Assembly (NCBI GenBank): GCA_951406725.2 | Contig: OX597814.1 | Span: forward strand, 134,168,001-134,232,000 | Length of the DNA stretch: 64,000 nt | Direction: 5' to 3' | DNA from: Octopus vulgaris | Lineage: Eukaryota | In this document: in pieces, positions 51,126 to 64,000 of the stretch | How the letters are laid out: each line of letters opens with the position of its first letter | How positions within the stretch are numbered: position 1 is the first letter of the stretch | The notes under the pieces: model-generated | Told to the model about the DNA's origin: nothing | Databases searched by the model: none | Seen by the model: only the letters and a program-made list of their open reading frames with translations | Position numbers and translations under genes: made by a program

Positions 51126-52143
51126 TGTAGCGTACACTCGAGTGAAATTCCTCTCGTCTTTATTATATATACATACGAACGTAGCAGGTAACAGCTAGCC
51201 TTTGGCCGCATTTTGGACCCCCGTTGTGTCCACTGCTCTGATTGGTTGGTATTAGCGCAATTTGTCACTTACTCTATCGCGCCAATATGCAGCGTATAAT
51301 CAATCGATGCGCCTAAACAAGGTCATGTTTGACAGCCTTTTCTCAACTCAGTTTTGAGCATACAACTTATAAAATCCCAGCTTCTCGTCGTCTCGATATC
51401 TTTCGCTTCCAGACCTTTTAAGGTCTAGCCACTGACCACACAAGACACAGTCAGTTCCAGTGACAACACAACAGCAGCCACGTTGAGACTCACCAACTTC
51501 GTCCAACAGCATTCGGCAACCGCCGCCTCCGTCGCCACCATCGTCCTAACGTCAACATCTCTCTACGTACACAACTCAACAAGCAACTCGCCCTGGTTAC
51601 AACACTGCACTGTTCGTGAATTACTTCACCGTGGATCAACAGCGAATATACAACCTGCGAGAACTCCTGTACTAGGTAACCCAAGCAGCGGCATTACAGC
51701 CACAACTTCGTACGACACGCATCACTCTGGCTCTGCATCATCACCGCAACTTCTGGATACAGTATTTCAACTATCGTGTATAATTGACTACAAACTGGTA
51801 TTTATCATTCTTGTGTCTATGAACTTGCTCCTCACTTCGATGGCTATAGACTCTTTCACCGTCTCTTCTTCATCGCCACCTTTATATTTTCTTAACACGC
51901 ATACGTATATGCCTACATACACACGCATACATCTTATTCTTATGACGGCTTGTCTATTATTCTGTATACACGACGCACACGCACACACAGTCATACATGT
52001 TAACATATCAATAAATCATTCTCTTTTCCCCCCTGGCACATATATGCATTATTCTATTTATATTTCACTGCATCGACCGTGTGATGTACAAAGAAGCCAT
52101 TCTCATCACCTCGCTTCGCACGGGTGTTACAAATTGGTGCCAC
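51126..52143 (+). mobile_element. LTR (~1 kb) followed by a PBS-like sequence; internal region largely lost
   Basis: Starts TGTAGCG, ends TGTTACA (52131), then AATTGGTGCC; CCAAT-like boxes near 51240 and 51282; TATAAAA near 51369. Confidence 0.65.
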
Positions 52144-52651
52144 TTTCCAGCTCCTTGAAACTACAAAAATAATTATAATGGGAGAAGGAGATACTCCACA
52201 ATTATCATAAACCTTCCATTCCATTATAGATGTATATGCGAACGACCATGTATGTGTAAGTACGGGCCGATTCTGAAAGGTCAGCTAAGGGCAATCGCAT
52301 GTTTAAGCAACCATGAAAAACAAATCAACACTACAAAGAAATCATATGCCACTCCCTTTAAAACAGCAATCACTTTAACAGAAGCAGAATCACCATCCAC
52401 CTACATCTACAAATTCAAAGCAGTTTTCCAACGGTCCTTCGGCAACAACACACCTTGATAAACAATCGGTAGCTACTACTAACTTCAGGCCACCACAGAC
52501 AGAGAAGATGCTCTCTAAGCCGAGAATTTGAACAAACGTTTGCATAATCAAGTACCTGCACGCCTGGAGAACTACGTTGCGTACGAAACAATTCTAGTGA
52601 TTAAGAATAAATGTCCAACCGTACTCCTTGTTGACTCCAATTTTTTCAGTT

Positions 52652-52708
<57 letters not shown>

Positions 52709-52864
52709 AATGGAGTTAAACGCAGGTGTTATTCAAATCTTTATACTTCCGACATATGTTTCGAAGAAAACATTGGTATTATTCCAGAAGGAATAAAATG
52801 ATGTAAAACAATATCTAGGAGAAAAAAAGAAGCAAAACGCATCAATAAGACAGTTTAAACGAAC

Positions 52865-52977
<113 letters not shown>

Positions 52978-52984
52978 AATATAT

Positions 52985-53046
<62 letters not shown>

Positions 53047-53109
53047 CTATGTGTCGGTTCAAACACATTTCATGTAAATCTCTACACGTGTATACAGATG
53101 CAAAAATAT

Positions 53110-54010
53110 TTGTTTTTCTTTATATTTACTGGGCCAGGAGGAAGGGACCGGCTCATAACCTTTGAGACCCTTCACAACTGGCTAAATTAAGGCTGTTGAT
53201 TTTTCATTGTAACTGTTGCGGTTAAAACATCACCAGGAAAGACATGACTGTAGATGAAGTTCCCGAAGACCGATATCCTGGTGGAGAAACAATAGCTAAT
53301 AAGGAGTTAGTGAGGATTAGACGCACCAAAGATGACGACAGATGGAGAGATTTGTGGGCTGGGAGTACCAGAGTGGTGGAAGTATGGGATCAGCTTACTC
53401 TGGGGTCATTATAGTCGCAATAGAAAACACAAAGAGAGGAGTTGGCTGCTTGTGAGCCAGAAGTCGGGGGTGTATAATGGTGATAGAATGCCAGTCAGCC
53501 CACAGGTAATTCTATGTATACGTCCAATGTGTGAACTGACACCAACATACCAATTATGAGAGAAATCTTTCAATTTTACCTCACTTATAAAGAATCAGTA
53601 TCTAATAAGGCTGAAATATTTTCTGGCCCTAAAGAGAAATGCTAATCTTAGAGATGCAGCACAAGCTATACTAAGACTGTGCTTTCACAAAGAGAGATCC
53701 TCAGTGATAGTAAGGCACAGCATTTGGAACAAGTGTGGAAGTTCTAGTTGAGTGCTGCCCCTAATACTTGTGCTTTTTTGTTGTTAAAAAGATAAAGTTA
53801 GCATGACCCCACTGGAGAAAACACTCAGTATTTGTGTGAAGAATCATTGCGCGTTTGGCATGTAGTATCTATGTTGCGTGTGAATGATGCATGGTTAGCG
53901 AACGTTCAGAAGAAATGGAGGGTCGTGCTGTTGGATGTGGCACCAAATAGGTCATTTACGTATAGAAAGAAGAGGGCAGGAAAATGAACAGAATGTGGGA
54001 TTTTTCCACT
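53110..54010 (-). mobile_element. CR1/L2-group LINE RT 3' fragment, decayed
   Basis: Minus-strand remnants PALFFLYVNDL, FLQWGHAN, AASLRLAFLFRARKYF, SLCVFY. Confidence 0.7.
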
Positions 54011-54149
54011 TGTTTCGCTCACTAGACTCTATATATGCTGGGACACTGCCCTGAAGGGTTTAGTCAAACAAACCAACACCAGGACTTACTGCTTTCTAAA
54101 CCTGGTACTTGTGTGTGTATGTATGTATGTATATATGTATGTATGTATG

Positions 54150-54204
<55 letters not shown>

Positions 54205-54352
54205 GACGGACTGCTTTCAATTTCCGTCTACCAAATCCGTTGACAAGACCCAGGCCGGCCCAAGACTATAGTATAAGACAACTTCCCAAATTGCCACGCA
54301 GTCGGCCCATGTGATTGGAAAGCAAATTTCTTATCACACAGTCACGCCTGCG
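54010..54352 (-). mobile_element. SINE family A, degraded
   Basis: TTTCCGTCTACCAAATCC and TGCCACGCAGT match the reverse complement of family A. Confidence 0.65.
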
Positions 54353-54399
54353 TATATACGTGTGTATATGTATGTATGTATATATATATATATATATAT

Positions 54400-54436
<37 letters not shown>

Positions 54437-54494
54437 TTTATATATACATAATGTACATATATATAGGTATACATATACACACACACACACACAT

Positions 54495-54606
<112 letters not shown>

Positions 54607-55307
54607 AGTCGTCTAAGAATACATAAGTCAGAAAAAATTAAAATATGCAGCCGTATATTTGACAAAACTAGGTATAATAATCAAAATATTCAGTATTTCA
54701 GATCCATTTCAGCCGATCATATCAATTGGTTACGCACTGAGTATTAGATTACTGGATTAATATCACAATTAAGTAACATCACGTGCTCTTCAGAGATAGC
54801 AGGTAGGGAAAAAATATGGCTTCTACTCTTTGTTATCGGAGGTCATCCGGTTATGGCTGCTATGAGAAATGAAGTCGCAGAAGGCAATGTGGAAGGGATT
54901 TATCAAGAGTTATGGCTCTTAGCCCAAAGTATCTGAGATGCTGTAAGAGTGTCGAGATGTATGCAGTGGGGTTTGGGGTTTTGTATGTTTATGGCTTTGA
55001 GGTGATGGTGTTGGGCAGGTGCCTGAACCTTTAAGGTCATGTGTAGGCGCATATGTGTTTGTATGTTCATTTGTTAATGTTTTGGTTAAACTCATCACTG
55101 GGTTCTCAGGACGTGATGGTAAGAGAACCGAAGGTGAAGAACCTGATGATTATAGTCATGGTTTCGTAGGTAAGATAATACATACCTTCTCTCATGGGGA
55201 TAATGGCTAAAAGGCTCAAACTTGCATTTTAGGTAGAGGTCTCGGTACATATATACATATTTATAAATGTATATATGTACGTATACTTATGCATCTATGT
55301 ATGTATT

Positions 55308-55364
<57 letters not shown>

Positions 55365-56466
55365 GTGTGCGTGTGTGTGTGTTTGTGAATATATTTATGT
55401 GTATATTTATATTGAATCTTTGACCATCAAAAAAGTCAGATGAATTTTTCCTATGTGTCTTAGAAGAAAAAGCTTTTCATGCCGTGTAGTATCGTTTTAG
55501 AGATTTTGCCCATATAACACACGTACCATAGCAAAAAATATTCTCAACAAATTTGTTTTGTTTATAATCGGATATTATAAATGTGTATCAAATAAGATAA
55601 TGAGGCAGTTTCTCCACTTGTAGATTTTGTTGATCTACATTTGTACAGCGCTTATATTATTCCTGGGTGGAAACGAATATATTTATTTTAAGTTTTGTAA
55701 AAAGAAACTTAATACACATTTTCAGGTTATATCTTAACCCATTTGAGAGGGGTTAATAAGTCGAATAAATATATCTTGGAGGAAATTAAGTATATAATTT
55801 TAAAATTGAAATAAGGTTCGTGTGGAGTTAAGGTATCTGCTCGGTCATTATTTTCTAATTTAATAGCTATGCCTCAGGCAAAAGAATTTATATCGTTTAG
55901 GTTTTCTTATAATTCTAGGTAAATTAGAGAAGAGGAAGATAATGAGTTTTTTGCCAATTTCATACAGAGGTTTAAATATACGTGAGAAATAATATAATGA
56001 AAGGTTTAGTGAAGGTAGAAAGGGCTAGAATCTAAATTTGAAAATGAAAAAATTGGTGAAAAGTGACGTCAAACTCACAATAAAGCTTAACAGATAGAAT
56101 TTGAGCGAAATAGAAAATTTATGGAAGAAATTACCATGTATATATATATATATGCATACACACATACATATGTATGCATACATACTACATATGGTGATGT
56201 TCTTATTTCGTGTTTTTCTTTGGTTTATTCAATTCTCGGTTCGTGTTTAGCGCTTGTGTTTGGGGACGTCGGAAGCATTGATACGTAAGCGTCGAACGAC
56301 GAGAATGAGAGCTCAACACCGCAAAGGTGGATAGAATTTCTTTATTTGTGTATTAAGGCTACTATTGATGTCATGTTAAGAAAACCTTAATACGCAAATA
56401 AAGAAGTTCTATCCTCCAATGCGGTATTGAGCACTCATTCTTGTTGTTCAACATTTACGTGTATGT

Positions 56467-56539
<73 letters not shown>

Positions 56540-56550
56540 TAGATGGATAC

Positions 56551-56617
<67 letters not shown>

Positions 56618-56879
56618 CATACATACATACATACATACATACATACATACACACATACATACATTTACTCGTGCATACATACATGCAAACATAAATACAT
56701 TCATACGTACATGCAAACATATACACACATACATATGTGTGTGTGTGATTATGGGTATATTTATATATGCTTCTATATGTATATATGCGCGTATACTCGC
56801 GTGTGTGTGTGTATGTGTGTGTGCGTGCATGTGTGTGTGCGAACGTGTGTGTGTGCGTGTGCGCGCGCGTATATGAATG

Positions 56880-59800
56880 CGTAATGCGACAGGAAAGATC
56901 TATTTTGTTGCTGTCGCTTAGTTCAGTTGTGCCTTGGCAGACTCCAACCAACCAGAGCTGGAGGCATAATAATACAAGTAGCGACTTTCGCGCAGTAGTA
57001 TTGCTTGCCTTTTTGGAATACCTTGAACAGTTGCGGTTTTGACGGCATAGAAACAGCATCGCTTTCTTCGACATGTCACATTTTCTGTGTCCACCACCAA
57101 CTGCACACAACTTACTTCATTAATATTAGCTTCCACTCTGCTTCACATAAACCATCAATATATAAAGTCGTGCGATTTTTCCTGTCTCGCATACACATAT
57201 ATTTGATTCCCATTCATATGCAAGATTAATACTTGTTACCACTTGTTAGCATTCATTACACTACTGAATAAATTTCAATGTTTTTGTTTTATAAGCTTAC
57301 CTTCTGAATATTCTTTATTTACGTCTCTAAAAAATCACTGAAAATGGATTCTTTCTGTGATTCTTTCTTTAATAAATGCTAACTAAACACATTATGGTAC
57401 AACTCGGACACTTTACATATAGAAGACCTTCCGTCCAACTTACATTAGTGACTCACATATTTCCCCTCCAAAAAAAGAAAGAAAAATATTTTTGTAGAAG
57501 AGTGCTAACATGTCGAAGCTGTCTATTGTTGTTGCTTCAAAGAGGAACTTCTAGGGGCATTCTTCATATAATGGCTTCATTTATTTTCTTCTAAACCACA
57601 CAGATACATTTCGTTTTCAATATGGCTGCCGTAACTTCGTTGTGCCTTACGCATCCGCACCGGTGCCCAACGAGCATTTCTCGCCTCGCTTCGGTTTAAT
57701 TATTCCCGCTCGCCGCCATTGGTGTAAAATTCGATCCTGTTTCGTCTTGGATTTGTTCAGTGGTGATGTAAGAGTTTGGTTCGCGCAAATGTAGTCATAT
57801 TTTGCTGCGAACAACATTAAATCGGAGCAGCAGCAGCTACACATTTTGTTGAGCGCCATTCCTTCATCCTTGGCGGTTCATTTGAAAGATCTAATCACGG
57901 ATACACCTCAAGATACTTCATATTTATTTATAAAGCATGAAGTCCTCCGTCAGACGTCTCTATGAGGGGAGAAATTATTTCGAACACTAGTTAACGAATA
58001 ACACTTGGGCGACAGGACGCCAACCCAATCCCTTCGCAGAATGCGTGAACTTACTGAGGGAGCATCTGCAGACAATACAATTCTTAAACAGCTTTTCTTT
58101 TCCCGTTTGCCATCAAACGTACAAGCCATCCTCTATGATGGCGATCAGTTCTGTGGACTGGTTGGCTTCCTCAGCCGACAAGATATTAGAGCACACTGGC
58201 GACAGAATTGCTGCAATACCTGCCCAACTACCTGCTGCTGTTTCTCCTTCTCCATCCCCAATAGCAGCTGCCTCATCGGATCCTGATTCGATGCAAGCGA
58301 CAACTCCATAGGTCATTCTAGATTTAACTAGAGAGGACACGCTTTTACGTGCTGCACGAAATTCTTCATCACGCCGAAGTTCTTACAGTCGTTCATTCTC
58401 TCCTAGACGACATTCTTTCTCTCCCGCCTCTGTGTCGACACACTGCTGCACAAAAATGTACACAACTGTGCGCTTGTTTGAGTCAGGGAATCGTCACTTT
58501 GGGACACTGAGCATAACAGCTGCTCCCAGTTCGTACCCACTTAATCGTGCGTTTTTCGTTGAGGACTTACTGTCGCACAAACTTTTTCTTATTGATTCTG
58601 GTGCTGCCTGCAGTATTTGGATAGTTAAATTTATAAAAAAAATAAACCTCCTCTTTCTGCGAGCTGTGAACCACACGCCTATACAGAGGTACAGTCAAAT
58701 CTCCCTTTCCTTGGATTTGGTCCTGCGATATGATTTTAAATGGATTTTTATCACCGCCGACCTGCCTTACCCAATCCTCGGTGCAGATTTCTTCAATCAT
58801 TACTCGCTTCTGGTTGATGTTCGTAAGCGGCAACTTCTAGACAGCACTATGGACCTAGCTATTTTTAGAAGAAAGTCGAGTACTCCGTCGGCTAGCCCAG
58901 TATTCTTTATCGGAGCGGCTGGAAACCCTTATCAATCAATTTTGGACTCTTTCTCGGAGCTCACCAGCTTGAATTTCCAAGTGAGTGCACTTGCTCACAT
59001 TCTGAAGACAGCAATAACAATCCCATTCGGCTCTTTGGAACTCTAGACTATGCCATTTGACCTCCGAAATGTGACCAGCACCATTCAGCGGTTCATAGAC
59101 GAAGTCATTCGTGGACTGGATTTCGTTAATGCATATATTGATGACCTCTTGATTGCCAGTTCTCCTGCTGAAGCACATGCTCAACATTTAAAGCTACTCT
59201 TCCAGTGCCTTAACAAATTTCAAGTACGGATTAACCCTGCTAAATGTGTTTTTTCGACACATCCTCTCTTGTGTTTCTTGGCTACATCATTGACAAAGAA
59301 GGCATTAGACATCTTCCAGAGAAAATGCGGCTTTTGAGAACCTTCCATCTGCTATTTCCCTTCACCAGTTGTGCCATTTCCTGGGCTTGCTGAACTTTTA
59401 TCGCCGCTTCAGCCCTCATTATACTGGACGCCTATCTCCACTTACCGAGCTCTTAAACAATCGTCGTAAGAATGAAACTGTTGCATTGACTCCGGCCCAG
59501 ATGGAAGCTTTTGATGCTGAGAAACGTGAACTGGATAAAGCATCTCTACTCGCACACCCTGTCTCCGGTACAAAGCTTTCGTTTGTAGTTGATGCATCGA
59601 ACATAGTCATCGGTGCCGTACTGCAGTAGCTTCGCCAACAACACCTGCAACCTCTCGCATTTTTCTCTCGACAGCTGAAACTTGCTCAGACGCGTTACAG
59701 CACCTTTGGTCGCGAATTGTTGGGAATCTACCTGTCCGTGAAGTATTTCCAGCACATGCTCGAAGGGAAGAACTTTACCATCTATACAGATCAGAAGCCC

Positions 59801-61625
59801 CTTACTTTTGCCTTGCGGTCCAAGCCTGAGAAGTGTTTAGCGAAAGAGACTAGGCACCTGGACTTCGTATCTCAATTTATCAGTGATAGCCAGCACATCT
59901 CCGGAGCTCGGAACACTGCTGCAGATGCATTGTCCCGCCTGCCGGTGAATTCTTTGTCATCCACTCTGGAGATTGACCTGACTGTTTTGTCCTCGGACAA
60001 CCTCCTCTGGACTAACTTGACACCTCTTCTGAGTTTGCGACATGCAAATTCAAGTACCGGCCTCTACCAACGGCTGACATGCAGATATTGTGTAACGTGT
60101 CAACAGATTTGCTTCGTCCCTGCGTCCCAGGGACCCTTTGACGAATTGTATTCGAAGCTTTCGCTCCCTGGAGTCCCGGCCTCAGTAAAGCTCATAACAG
60201 CTATATTCTTCTGGCCAAATATGAGACGCGACATTACTGAATGGACCCGATCTTGCTTCCAATGCCAGAAGTAGTGCATCAGCACATCCATGCACAACTT
60301 GGCATCTTCAGTACACCTGATGCACGTTTCCGCCATATCCATGTCGACCTGGTTGGATCCTTGCCAGTCAACCAAGGATTTACGCACATCCTGACTTACA
60401 TTGAGCGGTTCACCCGCTGGCCTGAAGCCATTCCTTCAATTAATATCTCTACTGAATCTGTAGCGAGAGCCCTGGTATCAGGATGAATATCGCATTATGG
60501 TGTCCCTACCAATATTACAACAGACTATGGAAGACAGTTTGAATCTCACCTTTTTGTGGAACTTACTAAGATCATCGGTGCGCAACGGATCCGTACTACC
60601 AGTTATCATCCTGCATCTAATGGAATGGTGGATCGCTTCCATCGCCAGTTGAAAGCCGCGTTTCGTGCCTACCCTGATACTCAACGCTGGTGCGATTACC
60701 TCCCCATAGTACTCCTCGACATTCGGAATACGTTCAAGAAGGATCTTGGATTCTCCTCAGCCGAGCTGCTGTATGGTGCTTCGTTGTTTTTTCCGGGGAA
60801 GATGCTCACCCCAGTTGATCTTTCTACTCAGGATCTTGTACTCTATGTGAACCGCCTGCGTTCGTACTTTCAAGTCCTGCCACCCATGAACATTCAGCAC
60901 CAAGTCGTTAAACCTTCGATCGCGAGGGACATTGCCACGTGGATGCATGTTTTCGTTAGAAATGACGCAGTGAGAAGTCCTCTCACTCCACCTTATCGCG
61001 TGCTCGCACGCTCCGACAAACATTTTAATATAGACTTTAATGGTTTCAGAGTCACTATCTCTGTGGATAGAATCAAGAGGGCCTACAAAGATTCTAATAC
61101 CCGGGATCCACATACATCCCCACACACACCGCTCCACACATATATACACCCCTACACACACTGCTCACAAACATCTCCCCTACCTTCATCAAGATACGTG
61201 GCAACAACTCGCAGCGGTCGTCTTGTCCATTGGCCCGAGAGGCTTTGTGAAACTAATTGCATGTGAACTGGCCCTTAGTGCCTGTTATTGTCTTTTTTTT
61301 GCATGCTTGTTTTTTCATAATGCATTCATGTTGTTTTCTTTTTCCAGTGTCTGAATATTTGTTGACTTCTCATGTAAACAATGTATTTTTCTTTTGCCAT
61401 TGTTTGGAATATTTTGCTTTGTATTCTTTCTTCCTTTGCTTTTCATTTTTTCTCCTTCCATTTTCTTGTTTGTATCGACAAGCAAGTAGTCTGCAGGCGG
61501 AAAGTGTAGCGAAACAGGAAAGATCTATTTTATTGCTGTGGCTTAGTTCAGTTGTGCTTTGGCTGACTGCAGCCAAACGGAGCTGGAGGCATAATAATAC
61601 AACTAGCAACTTCCGCCCAGCAGTA
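56880..61625 (+). mobile_element. Gypsy LTR retrotransposon, CsRn1-like, decayed
   Basis: LTR homology 56880-57000 vs 61505-61625; putative 5' LTR end TTACA at 57444 plus degenerate tRNA-Trp-type PBS TTAGTGACTC; purine-rich tract before 61505; order gag-PR-RT-RH-IN. Confidence 0.92.
57740..61266 (+). pseudogene. gag-pol pseudogene
   Basis: gag WFAQM, LGDRTPTQSLRRM; protease FLIDSGA; RT AYIDDLLIAS; RNase H VVDAS, IYTDQKPL; integrase [26 protein letters not shown]; many stops and frameshifts. Confidence 0.92.
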
Positions 61626-61646
61626 TCAATTGCAAGGACGGTTTCA

Positions 61647-61925
61647 ATATTCTCATATGGTTCTTCTTGTACTTGTGAGGCCGTTTGCTTTTTCTACTTA
61701 AACCAGAATATATGAAGAGTCACAAACTCAGATATCTAAATCTCTTCTACCAAGTAAGATTCAAAACTTAACATCTAACATTTAACACCTGTCTATTGCA
61801 GACATATTCTCATATGATTATTCTCCTACCTGTGAGGCCGCTTGATCATAATATATACAGATTCATTAACTTCAGGATATAACTCTTTCTTACCAAGTAA
61901 ACTTCAAAACTTAACATCTGGCACT
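61647..61925. repeat. Imperfect tandem duplication (~155 bp period)
   Basis: ATATTCTCATATG...TGTGAGGCCG...TACCAAGTAA...TTCAAAACTTAACATCT occurs twice. Confidence 0.8.
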
Positions 61926-63049
61926 TAGTATATATTTATATACAGTAAGTCTTTATCTCGAAGGGGAAATAGGCAGTGGAATTCAGGAATTTTAAACTTA
62001 ACATTTTGTTTTCTTAGGATTAATGTTATTTTTCCTTTGATTAGAAGCTCCCATATGGTGCTCATGTCTATGCTCTACATACAGAACAGGATATCAAAGT
62101 CCATCAGTCATCTTATCTTCCAGTGTTCCTTTTTTATTATCTTGACTTTATTCTACAAGAGTTACTGATTCCCATTTTCCTCCACAAATGATCAACTTTA
62201 GCTGGGGGCGGTATTATCTCCCCACAAATTACGGCCTGATGATATTCTTCTGGTCTTACATTTAGGGAGCAAAACGTTTCGCCTTTCTATTTCCTACCAC
62301 AGCTGCATGAGAGAGAATACACACAATTCTTGGTCAAGATTATATTTGAGAGCTGTGTCCCTAAAGTGTAGACCTGTTTTTAAATACTCTTCCGACATGC
62401 TTCAAATTTAAGGCAGGCATATTTTAGTTGTTTCTTGACCATTGTCCTTGTTCCTTCTATCTCCGTTTTTCAAAGATAATGTTATGCTTGCAGGCAATGA
62501 CAGCGCCAAACAGGGAGAAGTCAGGACAATACCTGGGCTCTCAAAAGTTTTGTCCAAAATGGTAAACTTTCTTTTTAATATAACCTGAACAAAGCCCATT
62601 GTGAATGACGGCAAGATAAATACTATTATTCGATATTCAATTTTACTACTTAAGTTTATGTCTATATAATCAGAATCAACTGTACAAATACTCTTTCAAC
62701 AGAAAGATAATATAATAATGTTGTTCCTTTAAAAACCCAATGATACGGAGCCGGTGCTACTGAACAACTTTCATCAGTGAAACAATTCAAGTATTTAAAA
62801 GCAGTTTTTGTGACATGTATGTATGCATGCATGAACATATAGATCAATGCACATGTACAGCACATAAATCATGTATTCATATACATATGTCCGTATTTAC
62901 ATATGTACTATAGATAGAGAGAGACAGAGTGAGAAAGAGAGAGACATGTACAAATATATATATTTATAAATATCAATACATACCTGTATACATGTGTATG
63001 TGTCATAATGTAAATGTAGCAAAATACATATGAATATATATATGATTAC

Positions 63050-63232
63050 ATACAGCGGTGAGCTCGCAGAGTTGTTAGCACTCCGAGCAAAATTCTTAAA
63101 GGCATTTCGTCCATGTTTCTGTTCTGAGTTCAAATTCTGCCAAATAAGTACCTATTGACCACTGGACTCGATGTAATCAACTTTCTCCCTCTCCACGAAA
63201 TTGCTGGTCTTGTGCCAAAATTTGAAACCAAT
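63050..63232 (+). mobile_element. Nin-like SINE with internal deletion
   Basis: GCGGTGAGCTCGCAGA head, GAGTTCAAATTC B box, AAATAAGTACC, TTGTGCCAAAATTTGAAACCAAT tail. Confidence 0.65.
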
Positions 63233-63243
63233 ATATGTTATAT

Positions 63244-64000
63244 TACAAGTGTAGGATAAAAAAGTTCATGGGATTCCTATGAAGGAGTGATGCTAGAAAT
63301 GTGAAATCTTGCATGCATTAATTTCAACTTTTCTTATTAATAACTGCACAGTTTTGCCCAGGTAAACTGACATTTGACTATTCAAAGATGTTTTCGAAAG
63401 TAAAAAGTACCTGTAGAAAAAGGATTTATCTCCCAGTGACATCCATGCTGACATGCTTGATACATTAGGGAGATGACGCTACAGTTTTATCATCGGTGCA
63501 AAAGCGGACAGCTGAATTTAGGAGTGAAAGGGAGAGTCTTGAAGATGACCAAGGGCTGGACGTCCTGCAACTGCCGCCACTGAAGAAATAATTGATCGTG
63601 TTCATCACATCGTAATGGATGACAGGCGATTGACTATAAATTAAATAGCCAATGCTATCAGCATATCCCATGAGAGAGTTAGGAATATTTTGCACAATGA
63701 ACTTAACATTCTTCTCGGTGGGTGCCACATCTTCTGACACCTGATCAAAAGCGCATCAGGTTGGTCACATCACGGGAAAATCTTACATTGTTTAAGGCAG
63801 AGTCAGCTGTTTTTACTTTGAACGTTTCCTAATGCTGGCTGAGTGTTGGCTTCATCACTTTGAGCCAGAGACAAAGAAACAATCCATGCAGTGGAAACAC
63901 CCCTCATCACCTGCTGCAAAGAAGGTCAAGATAGTTTCATCTACAGGGAAGGTGGTGGTGTCAGTTTTGAAGGATGCAAAAGACATTGTATGTATTGACT
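63244..64000 (+). mobile_element. Decayed mariner transposon running off the window end
   Basis: DDRRLTI, ISHERVRNILHNEL, PHLLTPDQKR, WLHHFEPETKKQSMQWKHPSSP, STGKVV; possible terminus TACAAGTG at 63244. Confidence 0.85.

Noticed and set aside
51483-52172. 229-aa ORF
   Set aside because: Lies within the putative LTR, starts at a non-ATG codon, is compositionally biased and has no recognisable motif.

Overview
AT-rich, microsatellite-dense eukaryotic DNA. The SINE, LINE and microsatellite content suggests a cephalopod (Octopus-like) genome, but this is inference. No intact host gene or CRISPR array is visible, and most listed ORFs are microsatellite read-throughs. The window is mostly decayed transposable elements: three Penelope-like elements (PLEs), a HERO-type and several R4/Dong-type RLE LINE pieces, an RTE fragment, a CR1/L2-type fragment, a decayed CsRn1-type Gypsy element, a second LTR, a DD41D and two mariner transposons, a Helitron-like 3' end and many tRNA-derived SINEs. 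The most notable signal is at RNA level. Five unrelated sequence families carry a readable minimal type I hammerhead ribozyme: 2333, 6113, 25180 (with a mirror copy), 33532 (with a mirror copy) and 49351. More degenerate ones also occur. Several sit in short, ORF-less, head-to-head fold-back elements associated with (TA)n/(TAA)n tracts. These are candidate non-autonomous, ribozyme-bearing PLE derivatives (retrozyme-like, but inverted rather than tandem). All alignments and folds were done by eye.
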